From assembly GCF_017876815.1 (NCBI RefSeq), contig NZ_JAGIOS010000001.1:2280001-2312000 (forward strand): DNA of 32,000 nt, given 5' to 3'. The translations under genes were made by a program, and so were the position numbers. Position 1 is the first letter of the stretch. Each line of letters begins with the position of its first letter. Below the pieces are notes generated by a model. The model was not told the origin of the DNA. It did no database searches and was given only the letters and a program-made list of their open reading frames with translations. The DNA is from Sinorhizobium meliloti (GTDB lineage: Bacteria > Pseudomonadota > Alphaproteobacteria > Rhizobiales > Rhizobiaceae). Below are positions 15,556 through 25,065 of the stretch, piece by piece.

Positions 15556-17112
15556 CTAAATGCCGGATTCCGCGAGCCAGGGCCGGATGACGGCGATGTC
15601 TTCCACGCCTATTCCGTGGCCGGTATCGAGGTCGGCTTCCTCGAAATCGGCTCCGCTGGCCCTGAGCGCCGTCTTCAGTTCCGGTGCGTGTTTGCCGTAG
15701 GGATCGTCCTTGCCGGTGAGCATCAGCACTCTTGTGCCGGCGAGGTCCGGTTCCGGCGCGCTTTCGAGCGCCGCCATTGCGCGCATCATCACGGCGTTCC
15801 TGACGATGCCGGGGTGGAGAAGCAGCACGGCGGCGAGCAGGTTGGCGCCGTTGGAGTAGCCGATGAACACGGTCTTCTCCGGGTCGAGGCCGTAGCTCTC
15901 GCGCGCGCCCTCCACGAAGGCGGCAAAGGCTTCCGCTTCCGAGCGAATATCCTGCTGGTCGAATTTCGTCATCGAGAAGCGCCGGAACCAGCGCGGGAAG
16001 CCTTCCTCGGCGCTGCGGCCGCGCACGCCCAGGAGAGTCGCATGCGGATCGAGCTGATGGCCGAAGGGCAGCATATCGATTTCGTTGCCGCCGCTGCCGT
16101 GCAGCAGCACGAAGGTGCGATCGTTCGCCTTCTCCGGGCGGTGGAACCGATGGATGAAAGGAAGGTCGCGCTGCGGCACCCTGGGTTCGCCGGGCAGCGC
16201 AAATTGCGGCAGCCTGACCAGCGTTGCCGTGGGGTCGCTCGCCAGATGCGGGGGCAGGAACAGCGTCGTGCCGAGAGCATCCGGAGCTTCGTCGACGGTA
16301 AAGCCGGGCCCGTCCGTAGCGAGCTCGCAGAGCGCACCGCCAGGCTCGCGTACATAGAGCGAGAAGAAATATTTCCGGTCATGCGCATTGGTGGCGCCGG
16401 CGTGCTCCTGCTCGAGATCGGCTCTCACCGCAAGCACGGTCGCCTCATCCGGGGCGCGGAAGGCGATGTGGTCGATCGTGCCGGTGCCGGGGGCGGCACT
16501 CCAGAAGCCGCCGGCATCGCGGACATCGATCACGTCCCCGGACGAGGAAGTGAGGCGGCGGATGCTCTCCGTCGCTCCCGTCTCGGTGTAGCCGAAGTGG
16601 TTTTGAAGGAAGTGCGCCGTGTCCTTGGGTTTTTCCGTGAGCACCGTTGCGCCGCGTAAGCGGCGGATGGAGTCCGTTTCGGGGATGTCCCGGCCCGCCC
16701 AGGGCGCGGGCTCCGCAAGCGCGTTCGTTCCCACCAGCTTGACGATCACGCCGTCCGGATCCTTCAGACGCAGGACCGGTTCGCCGAATTCCTGCGAAGG
16801 GCCGGTCGCCTGGATATTGAACTTCAGCGCTCGCGTCATCCAGTAGCCGATGCTTTCGGGCGGAATGGCGAAGGCGATCTCGCTCGGCTGGCCGTAGCCG
16901 ACCCGGCCCGGAGAGCCGTCCTCCCAGACCAGGAAACTCACGAGAGAGCCCGGCGAGCCCGCGGCGTCGCCGTAGAAGAGATGCAACTGATTGGGATCTT
17001 CGTAGCCGCCGGTCCGCTTGACGAGGTGCAGCCCCAGGAAGCCGACATAGAAATCGACATTGGCCTGTACCTTGCGGGCGATCAGGGTGATGTGATGAAT
17101 GCCGCTCGTCAC
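15556..17112 (-). CDS. Fusion protein: Mhq-type VOC ring-cleaving dioxygenase (N) + phospholipase/carboxylesterase-family alpha/beta hydrolase (C)
   Basis: The N-terminal ~310 aa are paralogous to 11686-12639 (GIHHITLI...FYVGFLGLHLVKRT...LHLFYGD). The C-terminal part has VLLHGSGGNE, GYSNG (nucleophile), GKDDP and TGHGI. GTG 17112 follows GGGAGGA and overlaps the SDR stop (GTGA). Confidence 0.88.
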   Translation of the reverse strand: MTSGIHHITLIARKVQANVDFYVGFLGLHLVKRTGGYEDPNQLHLFYGDAAGSPGSLVSFLVWEDGSPGRVGYGQPSEIAFAIPPESIGYWMTRALKFNIQATGPSQEFGEPVLRLKDPDGVIVKLVGTNALAEPAPWAGRDIPETDSIRRLRGATVLTEKPKDTAHFLQNHFGYTETGATESIRRLTSSSGDVIDVRDAGGFWSAAPGTGTIDHIAFRAPDEATVLAVRADLEQEHAGATNAHDRKYFFSLYVREPGGALCELATDGPGFTVDEAPDALGTTLFLPPHLASDPTATLVRLPQFALPGEPRVPQRDLPFIHRFHRPEKANDRTFVLLHGSGGNEIDMLPFGHQLDPHATLLGVRGRSAEEGFPRWFRRFSMTKFDQQDIRSEAEAFAAFVEGARESYGLDPEKTVFIGYSNGANLLAAVLLLHPGIVRNAVMMRAMAALESAPEPDLAGTRVLMLTGKDDPYGKHAPELKTALRASGADFEEADLDTGHGIGVEDIAVIRPWLAESGI

Positions 17113-17984
17113 GGTTTGGTCCTCCCTGCCGTCGTCCCGGCGAGAAACGACTGGAAGGCCTCGCCGTAGTCCGGGTGCCAGCGTGAAAGCGGCGGCCGGT
17201 TCTCGACGATGTCTCCCGCTGCCCAAAGGATCCGCTTTTCATCCGTCGGACGCGCGACCTCGTTGTCGGGGCAAAGGATATAGAAGTCGCCGCGGGCAAG
17301 GCCCTCCATCATGAAGTCCACCGTCTGTTCCGGCGTCCAGGCGCCGGCCGGCTTTTCCGTGCGTCCTTGCGCGGTGAGGGACGTGTAGACGAAACCGGGG
17401 ATCAGCAGATGCGCATTGACCTTGCAGTCCTCGGTATTGCGCAGTTCGTGCTGCAGGGCCTCGGTGAAGACCTTCACGCCCGCTTTCGAAAGGTTATAGG
17501 CGGGATCGCCGGGCGGCGTGGTGATGCCCTGTTTCGAACCCGTGTTGATGATGAGCGCCGGCTGCCCGTGGGCAATCATGGCCGGGGCAAAGATGCGCGA
17601 ACCGTTGATGACGCCCCAGAGATTGACGCCGATCACCGCTTCCCAATTTTCGAGCGGGCCGAAGAGGGAACTGCCTGGCTGGACGCCGGCATTGTTCATC
17701 AGCACATGGACGTGGCCGAAGCGCTCGCGCGTCGCGCGCGCCAGGGCCACGAGGTCGTCCGCCAGCGACACGTCGGTCTCGATCGCAGCGACATCGCCGG
17801 AACCGCCCGGAGCCGCCTTCGCTACCTCGGCTGCCGCTGCCTGCAACTTCTCACCGCCGAGATCCGCGAGCACGACCTTCATTCCGAGGCTGGCGAAGCG
17901 CCGTGCCGAGGCAAGGCCGATGCCCGAGGCGGCGCCGGTCACGACGGCGACGTTGTTCTTGTCGATAGCGGAGTAGGACAACAT
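17109..17984 (-). CDS. Short-chain dehydrogenase/reductase (SDR)
   Basis: VTGAASGIG, NNAG and YNLSK motifs. ATG 17984 is preferred (AGGA upstream) over the TTG 17993 used by the track. Confidence 0.9.
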   Translation of the reverse strand: MLSYSAIDKNNVAVVTGAASGIGLASARRFASLGMKVVLADLGGEKLQAAAAEVAKAAPGGSGDVAAIETDVSLADDLVALARATRERFGHVHVLMNNAGVQPGSSLFGPLENWEAVIGVNLWGVINGSRIFAPAMIAHGQPALIINTGSKQGITTPPGDPAYNLSKAGVKVFTEALQHELRNTEDCKVNAHLLIPGFVYTSLTAQGRTEKPAGAWTPEQTVDFMMEGLARGDFYILCPDNEVARPTDEKRILWAAGDIVENRPPLSRWHPDYGEAFQSFLAGTTAGRTKP

Positions 17985-18275
17985 GGGCTTCAATCCTGCT
18001 AGATCATGTTCATGAATTCAGGTCGGTCCCCAGCCTAAGGCACGGACCTGATCGACTCCAATATGTCAGAGCGGGATGCGGGCGGAAACCGCGCGCGTTC
18101 TTCCAATCCGCTCCAACAACGGGTAGAGGCAGACATAGGGTCTGGCCGCGGGCAAGTCCATGATGCGAGGCGGTGTTCACCAGCTTTCGTCTTCGACCTT
18201 GTCGTTCTTTTGCGCCATGCTACCTTGTGAAGTCCGCCCCCATCCGCTCCGGTCCGCCGGGCCTCGAGATACTTC

Positions 18276-19028
18276 ATGATAACCGAAGGAAAATTCACCA
18301 AAGGCACGCCCTGCAGGGACTGTCCCTTGCGCCCGCTTCCGCTGTTCCGCCCGTTCAAGGCGGAAGAACTTGCATTCGTCTCCCACTTCAAGATAGGCGA
18401 ACTCGCCTTCGGCGCGAGCGCGACGATACTCGCAGAAGGGGAGCAAAGCGAACATCTCTTCACGGTACTTTCCGGATGGGGCTTTCGCTACAAGATGCTC
18501 GATGACGGCCGGCGACAGATCCTGAACTATGTGATGCCGGGCGATATCGTCGGGCTGCAAGGCACTCTCATGGGCGAGATGCAGCATTCGATCGAGGCGC
18601 TTTCGCCGGTCGTTCTCTGCGTCTTCCAGCGTGACAGGCTCGCAGAATTGTACAGGGAGCACCCCGACCTCGCCTATGACCTGACCTGGATCGCAGCGCG
18701 CGAGGAGCGGATGCTGGATGAGAATCTGCTGAGCATCGGCCGCCGCTCCGCTGTGGAGCGGGCAGCCTACCTCATCGCCTTTCTCTACCAGAGGGCCGCC
18801 ACGCTGGAACTCTTCAGCAGCGGTTGGAGCGTTATTCCCGTCACGCAGCAACATGTTGCCGACACGCTCGGCCTCTCGATCGTCCACACCAACAAGACGC
18901 TGAAGAAGCTGGCCGCCAGGGGTCTCCTGCGCTGGGCCGAGAAGGGCTGCGACGTCCACGACATCGACGGCTTGCTTGCGCTTGCAGGCTGGGACGGATT
19001 GAGCGAGCCGAAGCGGCCGCTGATTTGA
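18276..19028 (+). CDS. Crp/Fnr-family transcriptional regulator with an N-terminal CxxC
   Basis: cNMP-binding-like beta-roll plus C-terminal HTH (VTQQHVADTLGLSIVHTNKTLKKL). N-terminus reads PCRDCPLRPLPLF. Confidence 0.88.
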   Translation: MITEGKFTKGTPCRDCPLRPLPLFRPFKAEELAFVSHFKIGELAFGASATILAEGEQSEHLFTVLSGWGFRYKMLDDGRRQILNYVMPGDIVGLQGTLMGEMQHSIEALSPVVLCVFQRDRLAELYREHPDLAYDLTWIAAREERMLDENLLSIGRRSAVERAAYLIAFLYQRAATLELFSSGWSVIPVTQQHVADTLGLSIVHTNKTLKKLAARGLLRWAEKGCDVHDIDGLLALAGWDGLSEPKRPLI

Positions 19029-19152
19029 TGCGAAGCTTCATGCGTCAAATTACGTACAACATGTCTTTTTTAAATGCGCCCGGCCTACCGGGTGTTCTAT
19101 TAGCCGCTTCTTTGAGGTCTCGAAAATCGAGGAGACCGAGGATGCAGATATA

Positions 19153-19539
19153 ATGCCAGTCAGTCAGGTTCCGCCGGCCATCAAGTCAGTCCTCGTCCTC
19201 GAGGATAATTTCCTTATCGCACTGGACATGGAGGAGATGCTCGTCGCTCTCGGGGTGACGAGCGTCGACGTCGCTACCACCAAGTCAAAGGCGATGGAAC
19301 TCATCGCGGATCATACGTACGATTTCGCAATTCTCGACATCAACCTGGGGGATGACACGAGCTTTGCCGTTGCCGATGCGCTGATGGCACGGGGCATCAG
19401 CTTCGGCTTCACCAGCGGCTACGGGGAACTGTTGGCGCTGCCCAGCCATCTTCGCGATGTCCCGAGGATCGACAAACCCTTCAGCGAGGGAACGCTCGGC
19501 AGCCTCATCGCCACGGCCGCCCCTTCGAGAGACATGTGA
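19153..19539 (+). CDS. Single-domain response regulator (CheY-like receiver only)
   Basis: VLVLEDN, DFAILDINLGD (phospho-acceptor Asp context) and IDKPF (conserved Lys). 128 aa with no output domain. Confidence 0.88.
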   Translation: MPVSQVPPAIKSVLVLEDNFLIALDMEEMLVALGVTSVDVATTKSKAMELIADHTYDFAILDINLGDDTSFAVADALMARGISFGFTSGYGELLALPSHLRDVPRIDKPFSEGTLGSLIATAAPSRDM

Positions 19540-19556
19540 CCGCGGTTGCGGGTCAC
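19536..19556. terminator. Hairpin GTGACC-N9-GGTCAC spanning both stop codons of the convergent receiver and cysQ genes
   Basis: 6-bp inverted repeat read from the sequence. It covers the whole 13-nt intergenic gap. There is no U-tract, so function is uncertain. Confidence 0.3.
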
Positions 19557-20329
19557 GCCTTGCCGCGCGAGATGAACCAGGGATTGGCGAAGTCGCTGTC
19601 ATCCGATTGATTGCGCTTGCCGTAGCCAAGCGGATTGCCCGCCATCGTCAGTGTTTCACCGCCTGCCGACCTTAGGATCGCGTCGCCCGCCGCGGTGTCC
19701 CACTCCATCGTCCGGCTGAAGCGCGGATAGATGTCCGCAATGCCTTCGGCCAGCAGGCAAAACTTCAGCGATGAGCCGACGGCCTCATGATCGCTGATGC
19801 CCTGATCGGTGAGGAAGGAGATCGTCTCGGGGCTGTTGTGCCAGCGGCTGGTAAGCGCCATCGGCCGGTCGCCGCAACGGCGGCAGCCGATGGTGGTCCA
19901 TTCGCCCGTGACCTGTCCATCCTCGACCACCGCCTTCTTCGCCATGCCGGCGGCCGCCGAATAGATGAGGCCGAGAGCCGGTGCATAGACGACACCGACG
20001 ACGGGTGCACCGTTTTCTACGAGCCCGATATTCACGGTGAAATGGCTGTTGCGTTCGACGAATTCCTTCGTGCCGTCCAGCGGGTCGACGAGGAAGAACC
20101 GCTTTCCGGCGATATCGGGAACGCGACCTGCGGCGACCTCCTCCTCCGCGACGATCGGAATATCCGGAAAGGCGGCCGCCAGATCGGCAAGGATGATCCG
20201 CTCGGCACGATGGTCCGCATCGGTCACGGGCGAGGCGTCAGCCTTGTAGGTGACAGCCGGACCGGCACGGTAAATTTCCAGGATGGCTTGTCCGGCGGCG
20301 AGTGCCGATGTTTCCAGTATGTCCAGCAT
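19553..20329 (-). CDS. cysQ: 3'(2'),5'-bisphosphate nucleotidase (inositol monophosphatase superfamily)
   Basis: SPVTDADHRAE, LVDPLDGTKEF, WDTAAG and C-terminal FANPWFI. ATG 20329 follows AGGAAG. The longer track ORF (to 20524) is unsupported. Confidence 0.85.
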   Translation of the reverse strand: MLDILETSALAAGQAILEIYRAGPAVTYKADASPVTDADHRAERIILADLAAAFPDIPIVAEEEVAAGRVPDIAGKRFFLVDPLDGTKEFVERNSHFTVNIGLVENGAPVVGVVYAPALGLIYSAAAGMAKKAVVEDGQVTGEWTTIGCRRCGDRPMALTSRWHNSPETISFLTDQGISDHEAVGSSLKFCLLAEGIADIYPRFSRTMEWDTAAGDAILRSAGGETLTMAGNPLGYGKRNQSDDSDFANPWFISRGKA

Positions 20330-20723
20330 TGCTTCCTGTTCTTGCGGTCGAGGCGATTCGCTTTGGAGCGCCTCGCCTCTTATCAGACGGGCAACGGCCA
20401 CTGTAGCACTTGAATTGCTGCGCGGGTCACTTGCCGCGGCGGGCCCGGGGCTTCCCACCAAAGTAACGCGCCTCGCTTCATTGCCGCTTTCAGCCCTTTG
20501 CTGCCGAAGTTGGCTATTTCGCAAGCGAATGCTGCTGAAATTTTCATTTTTCTGGCTCCAAAAGTGTCAAATCGATTTTATCGCGGAACAATTTGGTGGT
20601 GGCGCATTTTTTAGCTTTCATTTTCATTTGAAAGCGGTATGAAATCGGGCTTAGAGCATGCTCGAAAACGAGTATTAAAAAACAAGAGATCGGACCGACA
20701 GGATCCGGTCCAGGGGAAGATTG

Positions 20724-21626
<903 letters not shown>

Positions 21627-21630
21627 TTCC

Positions 21631-23016
21631 ATGGCAAATGTCGCATCCACAACCGCAAGCGCCGGCAGCGAGCTGACGGCGCGGGCGCTCCGCGAGGCTG
21701 TCTTTGCGGGCCTCATCACGCTCGGCATGTTCGTGCTCTTCGTCGGCCTCAAGACCGACCAGAACATCCGCAACGAGCTCATCCTCACGCAGCGCTGGGG
21801 CCTGCTCGCGACCTTCGTGGCCATCGCCATGGTCGGCCGCTTCCTCATGGTCGCCTATGTCCAGCCGCGGCTGGCGCAGCGCAAGGCGGCGAAGGCGGCC
21901 GCGCCCGATGTGGTGAAGGAGGAGACGTTCTTCAGCCGCAACTGGTCGAAGATCGCGGTCATCCTGCTGCTGATCTACCCACCGGTGATCGTCGCGCTCG
22001 TGGGCGTCCAGGGATCGCTGAAATGGGTCGACAATTTCGGCATTCAGATCCTCATCTACGTGATGCTTGCCTGGGGCCTCAACATCGTCGTCGGTCTCGC
22101 CGGACTGCTCGACCTCGGCTATGTGGCCTTCTATGCCGTCGGCGCCTATTCCTACGCGCTGCTCTCCAGCTATTTCGGCCTGTCCTTCTGGGTGCTGCTG
22201 CCGATTGCCGGCCTTCTCGCCGCCTGCTGGGGCGTCGTCCTCGGCTTTCCGGTGCTGCGTCTCAGGGGCGATTACCTCGCCATCGTGACGCTCGCTTTCG
22301 GCGAGATCATCCGCCTCGTGCTGATCAATTGGACAGAGGTCACGAAAGGCACGTTCGGCGTTTCCGGCATCGCCAAGGCGACGCTCTTCGGTATCAAGTT
22401 CGATGCTACGAAGGACGGCTTCGCGGCAATGATGGGCCTGCCGATGTCTTCGGCCTATTACAAGATCTTCCTGTTCTATCTGATCCTCGGTCTCGCCCTG
22501 TTGACGGCCTTCGTCACGATCCGGCTGCGCCGGATGCCGATCGGCCGCGCCTGGGAGGCGTTGCGGGAAGACGAGATCGCCTGCCGGTCCCTCGGTATCA
22601 ACACCGTCACCACAAAGCTGACGGCGTTTGCGACGGGGGCGATGTTCGGCGGCTTTGCCGGTTCGTTCTTCGCCGTGCGTCAGGGCTTCGTCTCGCCGGA
22701 ATCCTTCGTCTTCCTGGAATCCGCCGTTATCCTCGCCATCGTGGTTCTCGGCGGCATGGGCTCGCTGACGGGCATCGCCATCGCCGCCGTCGTCATGATC
22801 GGCGGCACGGAAATCCTGCGTGAACTGACCTTCCTCAAGATGATCTTCGGACCGACCTTCACGCCGGAACTCTATCGCATGCTGATCTTCGGCCTCGCCA
22901 TGGTCGTCGTCATGGTCTGGAAGCCGCGCGGCTTCGTCGGATCACGCGAGCCGACCGCGTTCCTGCGCGAACGCAGGGCAATCTCCGGCAGCTTCACCAA
23001 AGAGGGGCACGGCTGA
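21631..23016 (+). CDS. livM: Branched-chain amino acid ABC transporter permease
   Basis: Long LivM/BraE-type permease core (GLNIVVGLAGLLDLGYVAFYAVGAY). Follows livH by 4 nt. Confidence 0.93.
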   Translation: MANVASTTASAGSELTARALREAVFAGLITLGMFVLFVGLKTDQNIRNELILTQRWGLLATFVAIAMVGRFLMVAYVQPRLAQRKAAKAAAPDVVKEETFFSRNWSKIAVILLLIYPPVIVALVGVQGSLKWVDNFGIQILIYVMLAWGLNIVVGLAGLLDLGYVAFYAVGAYSYALLSSYFGLSFWVLLPIAGLLAACWGVVLGFPVLRLRGDYLAIVTLAFGEIIRLVLINWTEVTKGTFGVSGIAKATLFGIKFDATKDGFAAMMGLPMSSAYYKIFLFYLILGLALLTAFVTIRLRRMPIGRAWEALREDEIACRSLGINTVTTKLTAFATGAMFGGFAGSFFAVRQGFVSPESFVFLESAVILAIVVLGGMGSLTGIAIAAVVMIGGTEILRELTFLKMIFGPTFTPELYRMLIFGLAMVVVMVWKPRGFVGSREPTAFLRERRAISGSFTKEGHG

Positions 23017-23903
23017 TGGCCTTTGGGACCGACACCATGACAAAAGACCCCATCCTCAAGGTTGAACGCCTGTCGATGCGCTTCGGCGGTCTCATGGCCA
23101 TCAACGACTTCTCCTTCGAGGCGGAGCGCGGCGAGATTACCGCGCTGATCGGTCCGAACGGAGCGGGCAAGACGACGGTGTTCAACTGCATCACCGGTTT
23201 CTACAAACCGACGATGGGCATGATCACCATGCGGCAGAAGTCGGGCGCCGAATTCCTTCTGGAACGGCTGCCGGATTTCGAGATCACCAAAAAGGCCAAG
23301 GTGGCTCGGACCTTCCAGAACATCCGCATGTTCTCGGGCCTGACGGTGCTCGAAAATCTGCTCGTTGCCCAGCACAACAAGCTGATGCGGGCATCCGGCT
23401 ATACCATTCTCGGCCTGTTCGGCTTCCCGGCCTATCGCGAGGCATCCAGGGAATCGATCGAGCTCGCCAGGCACTGGCTCGAAAAGGCATCGCTGACCGA
23501 GCGGGCCGACGATCCGGCCGGCGACCTGCCCTATGGCGCTCAGCGGCGGCTCGAGATCGCCCGCGCAATGTGTACCGGGCCGGAGCTTCTCTGCCTGGAC
23601 GAGCCCGCGGCGGGTCTCAATCCGCGTGAATCGCTCGCCCTCAATGCGCTGCTGCAGGAGATCCGCCGCGATACCGGCACCTCCATCCTGTTGATCGAGC
23701 ACGATATGTCCGTGGTGATGGAAATATCGGATCACGTCGTCGTGCTCGAATACGGTCAGAAGATTTCCGACGGCAACCCGGACTTCGTGAAGAACGATCC
23801 AAGGGTCATTGCGGCCTATCTGGGTGTCGAGGATGAAGAGGTTGAAGAGGTGATCGGAGAAATCGAGGAAATCGAGGGCGAGCGTGGGGGGCCCGGGCAA
23901 TGA
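23016..23903 (+). CDS. livG: Branched-chain amino acid ABC transporter ATP-binding protein, with an acidic C-terminal tail
   Basis: Walker A GPNGAGKTT, signature-region context YGAQRRLEIARAM, Walker B LLCLDEPAAG. TGATG overlap with livM. Confidence 0.93.
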   Translation: MAFGTDTMTKDPILKVERLSMRFGGLMAINDFSFEAERGEITALIGPNGAGKTTVFNCITGFYKPTMGMITMRQKSGAEFLLERLPDFEITKKAKVARTFQNIRMFSGLTVLENLLVAQHNKLMRASGYTILGLFGFPAYREASRESIELARHWLEKASLTERADDPAGDLPYGAQRRLEIARAMCTGPELLCLDEPAAGLNPRESLALNALLQEIRRDTGTSILLIEHDMSVVMEISDHVVVLEYGQKISDGNPDFVKNDPRVIAAYLGVEDEEVEEVIGEIEEIEGERGGPGQ

Positions 23904-24625
23904 CTGCGCCCCTGCTGCATGTGAGAAGCGTCGAGACCTATTACGGCAACATCCGCGCGCTGAACGGCGTCGACATGGAGGTCCATCGCGGCGAGATCGT
24001 TGCGCTGATCGGCGCCAATGGCGCCGGGAAATCGACGCTCATGATGACGATCTGCGGCAGCCCGCAGGCGCGCACCGGCTCGGTTCACTTCGACGGCCAG
24101 GACATCACGCGTCTGCCGACCCATGAGATCGCGCGTCTGAGGATTGCCCAGTCGCCGGAAGGGCGCCGGATTTTCCCGCGCATGACGGTGCTCGAGAACC
24201 TCCAGATGGGTGCGAGCCTCGACAATCTGAAGCACTTCAAGGAAGACGTCGAAAAGGTCTTCACGCTTTTCCCGCGGCTCAAGGAGCGGCAGGCGCAGCG
24301 TGGGGGTACGCTTTCGGGAGGCGAGCAGCAGATGCTGTCGATCGGCCGTGCGCTGATGGCCCGTCCGAAGCTCCTGCTGCTCGACGAGCCGTCGCTCGGG
24401 CTTGCGCCGCTGATCGTCAAGGGCATCTTCGAAGCGATCAAGGTGCTCAACAAGAACGAGGGACTCACCGTGTTCCTCGTCGAGCAGAACGCCTTCGGAG
24501 CGCTCAAGCTCTCCGATCGAGGCTATGTAATGGTCAACGGCCGTGTGACGATGAGCGGGTCGGGCAAGGACCTCCTCGCCAATCCGGAGGTTCGCGCGGC
24601 CTATCTCGAAGGCGGCCGCCATTGA
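23900..24625 (+). CDS. livF: Branched-chain amino acid ABC transporter ATP-binding protein
   Basis: Walker A GANGAGKST, signature LSGGEQQM, Walker B LLLLDEPS. ATGA overlap with livG. Confidence 0.93.
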   Translation: MTAPLLHVRSVETYYGNIRALNGVDMEVHRGEIVALIGANGAGKSTLMMTICGSPQARTGSVHFDGQDITRLPTHEIARLRIAQSPEGRRIFPRMTVLENLQMGASLDNLKHFKEDVEKVFTLFPRLKERQAQRGGTLSGGEQQMLSIGRALMARPKLLLLDEPSLGLAPLIVKGIFEAIKVLNKNEGLTVFLVEQNAFGALKLSDRGYVMVNGRVTMSGSGKDLLANPEVRAAYLEGGRH

Positions 24626-24650
24626 TCCGCCGCGTCTGGAGTTGAGTGAG

Positions 24651-24995
24651 ATGCAGGGAATTCTCTACGAAGAAGCCTCGATCTGGCAGTTTTTATTCAT
24701 CACCTGCGTTCTCGGGGGCTGGACGGCGTGGCGGACTGGCAAGAGCGTCGCGGAAAGCTGGGGTGGCGTTCCGCGGCTCGTGATTTATGTCGCGCTTTTG
24801 GGCTGGGGCATCCGCTTCATCCATCATGCGCTTTTCAACGGGACGATGTTCACCCTGCAATACTATATCGTGGACACGCTCGTCCTTTTGTTGTTTGCTA
24901 CCGCTGGTTTCCGTTACTATCGGACCAAGCAAATGGCCAGCATGTACTATTGGCTTTATGAAAAAACCTCGCCTTTCTCCTGGAAGGCAAAATAA
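24651..24995 (+). CDS. Conserved small integral-membrane protein of unknown function between livF and livK
   Basis: About 114 aa with 3 hydrophobic helices. GGAG lies 9 nt upstream of ATG 24651. I recall a hypothetical transmembrane ORF at this position in Sinorhizobium liv clusters. Confidence 0.7.
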   Translation: MQGILYEEASIWQFLFITCVLGGWTAWRTGKSVAESWGGVPRLVIYVALLGWGIRFIHHALFNGTMFTLQYYIVDTLVLLLFATAGFRYYRTKQMASMYYWLYEKTSPFSWKAK

Positions 24996-25022
24996 GGGAA
25001 CAGCGCGTGCCGGTCCGCGCGG

Positions 25023-25065
25023 CCGGTGCGAAAGAACACCGGCGCAATGATGGTGGGCATTGCGC
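25023..25065 (+). promoter_or_regulatory. Tandem hairpins upstream of livK (CCGGTG-N8-CACCGG; GCGCAATG-N8-CATTGCGC)
   Basis: Perfect 6-bp and 8-bp inverted repeats read from the sequence, 45-85 nt upstream of the livK start. Confidence 0.35.

Noticed and set aside
15397-16659. ORF 15397-16659 (plus, 420 aa) and ORF 16445-17299 (minus, 284 aa)
   Set aside because: One is opposite and the other out of frame with the dioxygenase-esterase gene, which has unambiguous motifs. Their products are low-complexity.
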